From the NCBI GenBank assembly GCA_010909165.1, contig MU008162.1:434001-498000 (forward strand): a stretch of DNA of 64,000 bases, in the 5' to 3' direction. This document shows positions 52,177-61,740 of this stretch, piece after piece. The position numbers and the translations under genes were made by a program. The notes under the pieces were generated by a model that was given only the letters and a program-made list of their open reading frames with translations, had not been told where the DNA came from and made no database searches. The DNA is from Anthoceros angustus. Its lineage: Eukaryota; Plantae; Anthocerotophyta. How positions within the stretch are numbered: position 1 is the stretch's first letter; each line of letters opens with the position of its first letter.

Positions 52177-52647
52177 ATCATTTGTAATCTTCCACTTGAC
52201 TTACAAGAACAAATTATTATGAAGTATGTGAATAATGTCGAAGCATGGCAAAATTGGAAGTATGTTCCAAAAAATCACACTTTGCACATTAACATATGGG
52301 GATTTCTTAATGGAGATCCAAATACAGAAATGATGGCTTATCAAATATTATTATCACTTCCACATCTTGTGACATCCATTGTAATGTATTGCCTCTATGA
52401 AGTCAACTTTAGACCCTACCATGATGAGATGCTAATTAGTAATAAAGTTTTAGTTGATGAAGATAGAGTCAAAGATATAGTTGAAAGTCTCAATGAGCTT
52501 TCTGTATGGTCAAATCTCCCAAGAGTTCAAGACATTTCACCTTCGAAAAGGAAGTCACATACGAAGAATTTGTGTATCCACTGTAGAATAATGTTTCGTA
52601 GTTACATACAAGCAAGGATGGAAAGGGACGATATATGCCCATTATAA
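52177..52647 (+). pseudogene. F-box-like gene fragment
   Basis: In frame upstream of ORF 52219: ICNLPLDLQEQIIMKYV..EAWQNWKYVPK resembles the F-box LP..L...I....L..V.K pattern. Stop at 52174. AT-rich. Confidence 0.4.
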
Positions 52648-52699
52648 CTCTTGGACTGGGAATAATGAAATCCTGAATCACATATGCCCCCATGAAACC

Positions 52700-53017
52700 A
52701 TTCCACACACCATTGCCATGAAACCATAGTAGTTAATAAACCATGGTTTATCAATCGGTGATTTAGGGTTTACACCAGTTTTACATCCATAGTAAAAAGT
52801 TGTGGTTAATTTATGTAGTAAAGTAAACTATAGGTACGTACATACTCCATATACATACCGTATTAAAGTATGGTATATAGCCTGGTATACGATATGAGGA
52901 TATTACCACGGAAATTAACGCTTTGTGTTTACTACGGGCGTTTTACTACTGTAGTAGTAATCCTATAGTAAAGTTCGTTGTAAAGTCTGTGATAAAGGGC
53001 ATGGTTTCCTAGTAGTG
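52700..53017 (-). mobile_element. CACTA/EnSpm terminus with subterminal repeats
   Basis: Ends GGTTTCCTAGTAGTG (reverse complement CACTACTAGGAAACC). Repeated ATAGTAAA/TTTACTAC motifs in both orientations. Abuts and truncates a CRE fragment. Confidence 0.7.
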
Positions 53018-53620
53018 GCTGCACATGATGCCGTTCGCGACGTCATGTTCTCCATGGCCAAGGAGAGTGGATTTCTTCTGCATACGGAACGCCCATACAC
53101 CCTGTGCAATGACGTGTCGCTCAGGGCGGATCTATTTCTTCCCAGGGAACAGGGGGATCAAATCTCTGTCGTGAGCACGTCATCATCAACCCTCCGGGTC
53201 AGGTGGTGGAGAGATGCACGACATCCAAAGTACACGAGTATATGCCTATGCAAGACGGCCATGACTTCATCGGCGGATCTATTTCTTCGCAGGGAACAGG
53301 GGGATCAAATCTCTGTCGTGAGCACGTTTGTGAGAACGTCATCATCAACCCTCCGGGTTAGGTGGTAGAGAGATGCACGACATCCAAAGTACACGAGTAT
53401 ACGCCTATGCAAGACGGCCATGACTTCATCCCCCTCGCCATCAAGACCTTCAGGGTCATGGGCAAGGATTTTGAACGACTCATAAAGGATTGAGCTAAAG
53501 CCTATCACGTTCAACCGAACAAGGTGGGTTTCCCCCTTTCTTCAGTCCTCAGTGGTGGCTTTCTTTCGACAGTGGGTCTCCATCGCCATGTAGAGAACGT
53601 TAGCCAATGCTATTTATAGG
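53018..53620 (+). mobile_element. CRE-like non-LTR 3' fragment (RLE domain) with internal ~150-bp duplication
   Basis: AAHDAVRDVMFSMAKESGF..ERPYTL..LRADLF (paralogous to 38868-39092); HDFIPLAIKTF; FFRQWVSIAM. 53125-53270 is repeated at 53271-53430. Confidence 0.8.
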
Positions 53621-53753
53621 ATGGCAAGGGAGATGCGGCATCAGCAGCACAAATTGTAGGTAGACCTTTTCTTATTTTTGACCAGGACATACTTGGGACG
53701 ATTAATTATTTCGGGATCGACAAACGGGGGGCTAGCCCCCCGCCCTTGGCCCT

Positions 53754-54103
53754 TTAATGGGTTGTTCCCATCGGGTAGATGGTTTTTCCATCTCTTCTTT
53801 TCCATATAAAGTCTCCACATTTCTTCCTATAATCGTCTCTTCCGTCGTCGCCAACACCCTGAGTATGATCCTTAACGAGGAATATGAGGACATGACACGG
53901 GTCATGACACCCCGAACATCCTTCCTCGTTAACGATGGCGTTCTCTACATCGTTATGGAGCCGGTTTTGAGGCGGATTTACGGGAAGTTCTGGAAGTTCG
54001 GGAGGATCATTCCTGCGGACGTCCTCTTTTTCTTCCTCCTTGTTTGCCTCATCAGGTTGCCCTATTTCCTGAACATGACCCCGGCCGAACTACCAGAGCC
54101 CAT
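53754..54103 (-). pseudogene. Small acidic MGSGSS-initiated ORF, paralogue A (one apparent frameshift)
   Basis: ATG 54103 MGSGSSAG, then in the adjacent frame HVQEIGQPDEANKEEEKEDVRRNDPPELPELP...GCSGCHDPCHVLIF...MGTTH*. Nucleotide similarity to the ORF at 55722. Confidence 0.45.
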
Positions 54104-55208
54104 GGTTCCTCCTCGCTCGTCCTATTCCAGCGAAAGCGCGGACGGAAACACTTCACACCACAACCAAAACTTCACGATCTACAACGAATGGAAACCATAG
54201 CGCTAGCTGCTTGTTACAAGCATACCTTCGTCGGTTTGTGAAAGCTTTGTTTGTGGACTTGGAACGACCTGAGGATTTGGAACGACTCCACTCTCGAAGA
54301 AATGTATCGGAAAACGTCGTATGCCTCATCAAGCTACGATAAGTGTCTGTTGCCTGTATAATTCTTCGCTCTGCATCTGCTGCTACATTTTCAAGCCTCT
54401 ATTCATCTTCATGCGTAGGCATATCCAGCAATCACGGCAGTCGAAGAGTAAACAGTCCTCTTGTCACCCAGCCTGTGGAAGACCTGGATCGGAGCTTCCA
54501 GAAGGGCCTTCTTCGTTCGGCATCCTGCAGTAGGTACCAATACACTTTCACCGAAGACGGGCAGCCCTGCTGATAAAAAAGATGCACCACATCCAATGCC
54601 CTGTACAGAAGCAATCCCGAGTTGAGACGGTGATGAGCATAAATTAGATTCCACTAGCTGGAGGCTACAAAATTGACACATTCCATGTGATACTGCTGGT
54701 AACCTTGTGAGGAAGAGGAAAGCTTAGCTGCAACGTGCTCAAATTTAAAGCTACACATTCACCTCGTCAATTCTCATTTCAAAATAGAGTGCTCCCCTCC
54801 TCCTAGGAACACCTCAAATCTCTAGTTTGAGGGAGGAAAGGCTTACACAACCTAATGTCCTACCCAATATCGGCAATCAGGGGGCTCTACACTAGTAGCT
54901 AGTACACACACCTGCACTTAAAATGCTCCAGCTTGATGCCTTCTTGCATAGATGAAGGCATCGACCTACAGCGAATGTTCAGGGTTTAGGGTTTAAATGA
55001 ATGTTGCTGCCAAAGCTCTGACACAACGCGGAATTGGAAGAGAATGTGTCTTCACGTTGGGCACACTGTGGGAAGGGAATTTTACAGTCGATCATGCGAG
55101 TCGCATAGAAAAACCGTCTGAAGGTACAGAGTTAAAAGAGAGAGAGAAACTTGCATGGCAATCTGTTCTCAACCTTAATGCGTTTTCTGTTCGCTACTTC
55201 TGGCGTCC

Positions 55209-55722
55209 TTAAACTGAGTCATGCTGATGTCTTAGCATAAATTGCACAGTGGTTTTCTGCAATTTCAACTGCTGCGTTACCTCCAACATCCGGAACATCA
55301 GTTTGCACTGTCGGACGCTTTCCTCATGCATCCTTTCAGCCATTCGCAGTACTTGGCTCCTGGCGGCGGATCGCTCTGATGCAGGAACCGCCACTTTCTG
55401 TGAAGGTATTCAGCAGTTGATCAAGCGTGGGATTTGCAGTAGGTTCTGAATCTTCCAAGGTAGGTTCTGGTTCTGGTGCCGGTGCTGGTTCTGGTTCTGG
55501 TGCCGGTGCTGGTGCTGGTGCTGGTTCTGGTTCGGGTTCGGGTTCTGGTTCGGGTTCGGGTTCGGGTTCGGGTTCTGCTTCTGGTTCTGGTTCTGGATCT
55601 CCCTAGCTGTTTGCCTCATCTTCCTCTTCCTCGTTGTTTGCCTCGTCATTCACTTCCGCGTTGCTTGCCTCATCGTCCTCTTCCTCCCAGTTGAATTCCT
55701 CAACAGAGCCACCAGTGCCCAT
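55209..55722 (-). pseudogene. Small acidic MGTGGS-initiated ORF with (PE/PA)n linker and helical tail, paralogue B
   Basis: [53 protein letters not shown]...PAPA..TLDQLL, then a frame change to [47 protein letters not shown]. Confidence 0.5.
55463..55596. repeat. Hexamer repeat (GGTTCT/GGTTCG/GGTGCT)n
   Basis: About 22 units, encoding EP/AP dipeptides on the minus strand. Confidence 0.95.
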
Positions 55723-56431
55723 GTTTCCTCCCCGCTCCTCCCAACGCTGCCGAAACGCTGCCGCGATTCAAATATTGACAGCAATTCAAGTCTTTACACC
55801 AGAACCAAGACATCACTAAAGCGAAGGGAAACAACAGCGCTGGCTGATTCTAACGAGCATACCTCTCTGTCGGACTGTACGCCTTGTTGGAGCAAGTTGA
55901 AACGACTCAAAGGATTCTCAAAGAAATGCATGGAAAAACGTTGTGAAAGAAATGTTACCTTGAATTCGAGCGTGTCAAGGCTAGTCGGCTAGTCGGGACT
56001 CCGGAGTCGCTTGAGAGAAAAAACGTTAGAGGGATAAATATGGACCACGCTCCACGCTCCTCCTAATCCAGCAGAACGCGCCTGCCGCAATCGAAGTCGG
56101 AACACCACAACCAAAGGCTTCATTAATAGAGGGAAGCCCCAGCCCTAGCTGCTTCTAGTAGGAAAACGTCGGTTTATAAGCCTTGCTTGTCCATTTGGAA
56201 CGACTCGAGGATTTTGAACGACTCGACTCTCGAAGAAATGCATCGGAAAACGTTGTGGAATGTTATCTTGAATCAGAACGTGTGAGGCCAGTCGAGAGTT
56301 GCGCTCCTCGTCGTGTTTGCCATTGATTGGCCAGGGCCTTGCGTGATGAGCGGCTGTGTGCAGAGTGGAAGGCATTGCGTGTATGGAGCAGTACACTGTA
56401 CAGCCCTAGGAGCGACTGAGAGCTGAATCCG

Positions 56432-59400
56432 ATGGATCCCCCGGAAATGGACTTCCGATTGCCTGATCAGGATGAGCTGGAGGAAGCGATTGCTCTTGAT
56501 GCATTGGAAATGGATCCCCCGTTTCCTACATTTCGGGATCAGAAGAAACTAGCGACGTCGACGGCGGAAGCGCAGAGAACGCTACTGTATCAAATGGAGG
56601 CTAGATTGCGCCGACATGCGAGGTTGAATGCCGAGCTGAATGAAAGATTGCGGTCTGAATTTCCTGAAGTGCAAGATCTGGATGCGGGAGCCTCAGAAGC
56701 AGCATGTGATACCAGTGACTCCAGCTGCGTTTCCGTGACCTCGCAGGAGACAGGTGATCTCTCAGGTAGCCCTATCCGTTGTGTGCTCCATCTTTTCAGA
56801 ATTGCGATGCAAGTAGGTTTCATTGTAGTCAAGAGAGATGAGAATCGAGGCTCCGGGCGCTGCCTAGGCTAACACGGGACATATGCTTACCGGGATGCGC
56901 TGTAAGCTGGATGTTGCCACATGTATCCAGAGCCGAGCAGTGTCTATCGCTCTAGAGTGTTCTCTTCTCTGTCTGACGATACATGAGGCCGAACAGTCGA
57001 TGGAGTCCCGATCTATCTGGTTGACATACTCGGATCTGTCTGGAGAATTCTGTCGGTTTGTAAATCGACTGATTACGTACTGCAGAGCGGTGCAGACGAA
57101 GGGAATTGGATGTTCCACACGTTGCGGGGAATTGGTAAATCATAGCAGAGCCGTGTCTGCAAGAAGAGTATATTATATGCATGACCATATACACGAATTT
57201 GACAGGGTTCTTTCAAGGTGATCACGAGCAAAATTGCCATTCCTTTGCCTGCAGGTAGTACAGCGTCAAGCAGATCTGGCAGGCGGCGGTCAAAGCAAAA
57301 ATGCTGGTCAAGGCGCCCTATGGGAATTTGTGAAGCGATTGTGAATTTGCAGGACCCTGAACTTCGTGAGGCCACCTTACGGAGCATAAGTAGACATCTG
57401 ATTGAGGTAGAATTATGCCATGGTTGTAAGCTACTTTCTTCAAAACCTATTTTCCTCATCAAGACCTGACGACTAGGAATTGGATATTGCAAGATTGCAT
57501 ACACGCTGGTGGCACACTGGTTAGAGTTGTATTGCATCTATATTCCTTGTGAACTGCATGTAAGTGGACTGGCAGAAATGCAAGGAAGACCCCCCTTACT
57601 ACCGTGAGGCCGCCTTCTATTTATTCAGCTCTTTTACAACCGTAAACACATTACTCCAGGTCAGGACCGATCAATCGACTCAAAGCGCACTACCAAATGG
57701 GAAGTTCCTGAACAATATTTCGATGTGGTCCATATAGGAATTGCTATCTGGACACCAAAAGCTGGCTGATGGTGAGCTGAATCAGAGAGGAGCAAAGCGC
57801 CTTTGCAATGTAGTTACTCTCTTACAGGTCAACATGAAGTGTACCCTCATTCTTAACCGTTATGATTGTGTTTGAGTATTATACCTACGTATATATATGC
57901 GGTCCTAACTCAGACTTCTTGCTAACTTAAATTGCAACTCCAGACCATCGCTTCAAACTCGGAGACTCGTGAAGATTTCGTTGCTGGTAATCTTAAGCTA
58001 TGTTGTATATTAACGTGATTTCCCTCCATGTTGTAGGCAGCTGCTACAATGAAAGGCGGGATGCAATTACTGACCGTCTAATTTACGGCACATTGTAGGA
58101 CTTTTGTTAGTACTAAGATTGACATATTTTGGCAGCTCTCTTGCCCAACTACCTCATTCCTTTCATTAGCTCTAAGTATACGGAAGATGCTTTTGAGGAG
58201 CTGCGAGCAGCGAGTCTTTCTGTATTCGCCATACTCTGCCAGGTGAATCGGCCTTATGATCCACATTTAACCTTTGTAGTAAGTTGACCACTTGGTGCTT
58301 TAGTGCTTCTAGGTGCCTGTACTAAGTTCTATTGTTAGCTTTTGACAGAGTCGTGAAGACTATGTCATCACATGGGCACTAGAAAGCGGCATCATTGGCC
58401 TTTGCATCCATGCAGCGGAGTTTGGGATCGAAGTGGCAAAAGTGGTAAGATCTGTATCACCTAAGATAATGTCTACATATATACATTCGGTTCGTTGTCC
58501 AGAATCCAAGCTTGAATACTTAGACTTATCTCCCTTGTAAAACAATTTACATCTGGATAACCTTGGATATTATTACCGTAGGAACAATTAGCATCTGGAT
58601 ACTCTTGAATATTATTACCGTAGGAACAATTTGCATCTGGATAATCGTGAATATTATTACCGTAGGTTGCCCTGCACACTTTGGAGTGCATATACCTACA
58701 TGATTATGGCCTCAACGCAATATGTGACGAAGGCTCTAACCATCTTGAGCTTATTCTGAAACTGTACGAAGACATGGTGAGTGCCAGTTCCCGCTGATAA
58801 TTTAGTTCAAGAGCTGCTGCAGCATTGTGCAATTGTGCTAGCTGAATAAATTTAGCTACCAACTTCCTCACCGGCACCTCTTGTTTGTGAACTGCAGGTG
58901 ATGGTACTAGGCACAGCACCATGTTTCTCTCCGCGGCTTGTATTCCACATTATCCGGTCTTACTTGGCGCTGTGCCAGCATCCAAGGTAATCTGCACGTC
59001 TCCCAAAACTCAAATGCTTGCCTTGCACATTCCTGACAACATCTCCGAGACCCTGACCTACAGCATGTGGAATTGTTGTCAGGGCCCTGAAACTGATTAT
59101 GAAGGGTTTGCCGCGTGAGATGAAAGATAGCACCTTCCAGGATATATTGCAGGTTAGTGCTTGGGTAAGCTTAGACTACCTTTCCTTCAAATCTTTTATG
59201 AACATTTTCGACCTGGCTGGCGACGAAGGACTTTCATTTCTGATGTGCTATGGTCCGCAGACATATCCAATAGTGCGTCAGATGCATCGCCAGCTATTGC
59301 TCTGCACAGGAGGAACTTCTCAAGCACTTGCCTCCCCAGGCGTTCGCAAATACGAGCCACAAATGGAAAACACAGGGAACAATGTCACGGAGCAGCCGTC

Positions 59401-60097
59401 AAGCAGCTCTTCGCCTGTACCACGGAGTGATCATTCCAACTCATACAAGCCAGACATTTTCATGGAGTCGAACAACCAAGCAAACGGCATGGACAGATTT
59501 GCCACTGAACTACAGTCGCAGCTGAGTGTAGAGGCATGGGAGAAACTCCGTCGGTTTGGTCTGCTGGACGATGGGCCTGCTCAGCCGATTTTCCAGCTGC
59601 AGAATGGAGCGGACCGTGCTCCTGCTCTCTTTGAAGACGCGGACGAGGGAAAATTGCACAACTCGGTTAGCAGCTCTTCCAGACTGGACAGAGTTGTAGG
59701 GCCAGCGTCCCGTTCCGCAGCAGGAACTCTGATCCAATATGGGATCAAAATCAAGAAGGAGCAGGTCCATCTGAAAGCTTCAGGCATGACTGCGAGTACC
59801 AATCAGTACCAGCACTTGGCGGAGTTACAGATGACTGATGGGAACCTTGGCTTCACCTCGTACGGACAAGTGCAAGCGGCAGAAACCCAGTCCATGAACC
59901 TGATAGAAGAAGAAACCTTGAGATGGTCACAGGATCTGAAGGCTTTCTACATGCAAACTCCTGACGACAAAGCAGCTGAGACAGAGGATGGCACCCCATT
60001 GCGGCCAGTAAACCTCAATATGGAAATGTGGGAATCAGCTGCTCGCAAGCGACAGTTTGACCTGGCCCCTGGACGCAGTATAAGCACCATGGCATGA
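56432..60097 (+). CDS. NOT9: Divergent CCR4-NOT subunit NOT9/RCD1 (CAF40)-like protein with N- and C-terminal extensions, ~666 aa
   Basis: Phase-consistent GT-AG exons: 56432-56753 (or 56765), 57255-57406, 57576-57659, 57738-57827, 57944-57986, 58136-58242, 58349-58444, 58666-58776, 58898-58986, 59083-59152, 59261-60097. Spliced product LQDPELREATL..SFTTVNTLLQE..RLCNVVTLLQTIASNSETR..LPNYLIPFI..FEELRAASLSV..SPRLVFHIIRSYLALCQHPRA..LPREMKDSTF is collinear with the Rcd1 domain. Confidence 0.9.
58541..58666 (+). repeat. 3 x 42-bp tandem repeat triplicating the intron-7 acceptor
   Basis: AACAATTnnCATCTGGATAnnnTnGnATATTATTACCGTAGG-like unit at 58541, 58583 and 58625. Confidence 0.95.
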
Positions 60098-60344
60098 GGG
60101 GACGGAGAGAGAGAAGGGGGAATCAATGGTTGCCAGAAAACAAGCTGCAGGCGGAAAAAGAAGCATCAGGGCTTGCCGCAGGGCCTCGAGCACCCCAGGG
60201 ATTTTGAGAAACCAAGGTAGCTATACTACTGACAGCAGCAGACTCTGGACATGATACACCATAAGCCTTAGGTGACATAAACAGTAACGCCTCCCAAGTG
60301 GTGTTGATAATCTGTATGCCGCCTTGCCTTTCCTTGCCTTGCAT

Positions 60345-61553
60345 CTACAGTAGAAATGGCAGATACTTCTTCCTCACCCTCCTCCTGTAGTTGGTGTAGA
60401 GATTACCAAAAGTGTCCACTAACTGTTTCTCCTCCAGCTTAGTCCGTTGCTCATAGTAGAGCCAGCAGGCCAGAGTGAGCAGCAGCAGACTCCAGTAGGC
60501 CCTCAAAGCAACGCAGTAGCCCGCAAACAGCAGCATGTAGCTCCCGTAGATAGGATGCCTGACGAATCTGTAAGGGCCGAACATAACCACAGCCCGGGGC
60601 CTGATGAGGCGGTTAGAGTACTTGCCCAGGAACCAGGTCCCGTTCCAGTGCAGCACAAAGGCGAGGAGCAGCAAGGAGGCAGCCAGCTTGGAGGTCCAGC
60701 CGAAGTTCCAGCTCAAGAGCAGCGGCTGGGCCTCGAACGCCGCCAGCCAGTGGCCCGCCGCCACGCTGCCGACGAAGGCCAGCTTCGCAACCGGCGACGG
60801 CGCGGGCGCTCTGCTCCACTCCAGGTCCTTCTCCTTAGCCGCCTCCGCCACCTGGGGGCTCAGCTGGCCGTAGAGCCGCAGCCGAAGGATTGCGTTGATG
60901 AAGAAGAAGGCGACGTAGAGGCCCCAGAGCAGGAGCGGCCAGCCGTCCACATAGCCGTGCACGCTGGCCAGGGGCAGCAGGACGAGCCAGAGCAGCCCTC
61001 CGCAGATCGCCACCGCCTGCTCCCATTCCCGCGCCCTGCCCCTGAGCTGCCGCACGCCGATGAACAAGCAGGCGCCCAGGGCCACGGCCGCCGGGAGCGG
61101 CCACACCACCAGCCCCACGTCGCGTACATCCACACCGCCGGGTTGAGCAGCACCGCCCGGGCCAGCAGCTGCAGCAAGGCCGCGCCAGCCATGGCCGCGC
61201 TCACCCATACAGCCGCCTTCACGGGGCTGATTTCCTGCCACGAAGGCAGCCTGCTGTTCCTTGCCGGGAGCGCACCCCAGGAGGTCAAGGCCTGCCCTGC
61301 TCCCCGCTGCCCCTGCTGCATTTGCATTTTCCCTTGCCCGAATGCCCAAGCCAGGCCGAGGCGACGCCTGCCTGGACCTGGAGGTGAGCGCACGCAGGCC
61401 CCGCCGCTGCTGCTGCTGCTGCTGCTGCTGCCCCGACGCTGTTCCGTTCCGATCCCCATTCCCGTTCCCGTTCCGCAACCAGGCGATGGGAGGTTGCCTG
61501 AGCCTGGGCACGCTCAGCAGGGTGCCTGCTGGTGGAGCCAAGGAGATGGCCAT
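60345..61553 (-). CDS. Isoprenylcysteine carboxyl methyltransferase (ICMT)/PEMT-family membrane protein with probable plastid transit peptide; intronless
   Basis: C-terminal VVMFGPYRFVRHPIYGSYMLL..EEKQLVDTFGNLYTNYRRRV signature, with GHWLAAFE and HGYVDGWP as I recall for the At5g59500-type family. A middle segment appears to lie in a different frame. Confidence 0.88.
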   Translation of the reverse strand: MAISLAPPAGTLLSVPRLRQPPIAWLRNGNGNGDRNGTASGQQQQQQQQRRGLRALTSRSRQASPRPGLGIRARENANAAGAAGSRAGLDLLGCAPGKEQQAAFVAGNQPREGGCMGERGHGWRGLAAAAGPGGAAQPGGVDVRDVGLVVWPLPAAVALGACLFIGVRQLRGRAREWEQAVAICGGLLWLVLLPLASVHGYVDGWPLLLWGLYVAFFFINAILRLRLYGQLSPQVAEAAKEKDLEWSRAPAPSPVAKLAFVGSVAAGHWLAAFEAQPLLLSWNFGWTSKLAASLLLLAFVLHWNGTWFLGKYSNRLIRPRAVVMFGPYRFVRHPIYGSYMLLFAGYCVALRAYWSLLLLTLACWLYYEQRTKLEEKQLVDTFGNLYTNYRRRVRKKYLPFLL

Positions 61554-61740
61554 GCTTGCTTGATATCAAGTGCACCACAGAGTGCACGTCCCCCTGGCCA
61601 GGCCCGGCCCAGGCCAAGGGCAGCTGCAACACGCGAGGAAGAGGTACTAGGACGTTACATTTCTAGGGCTCGGGGTTTAAGGGTTTACGGGGGAGGGATT
61701 CGCTCTGGTCTGAGATTGGAGCAGCCTCGCGTGAGGCAAA
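61554..61740. promoter_or_regulatory. Probable bidirectional promoter/5' UTR region with telo-box-like motifs
   Basis: Only 187 bp between divergent ATGs. TAGGGCTCGGGGTTTAAGGGTTT at ~61664-61686 resembles reversed AAACCCTA boxes. Confidence 0.5.

Noticed and set aside
53725-53742. Palindrome CGGGGGGCTAGCCCCCCG as a terminator or Helitron hairpin
   Set aside because: Intrinsic terminators do not apply to a plant nuclear locus, and no CTRR end lies at the expected distance.
54983-54996. GGGTTTAGGGTTT as an interstitial telomere
   Set aside because: Under two units; consistent with a telo-box or chance.
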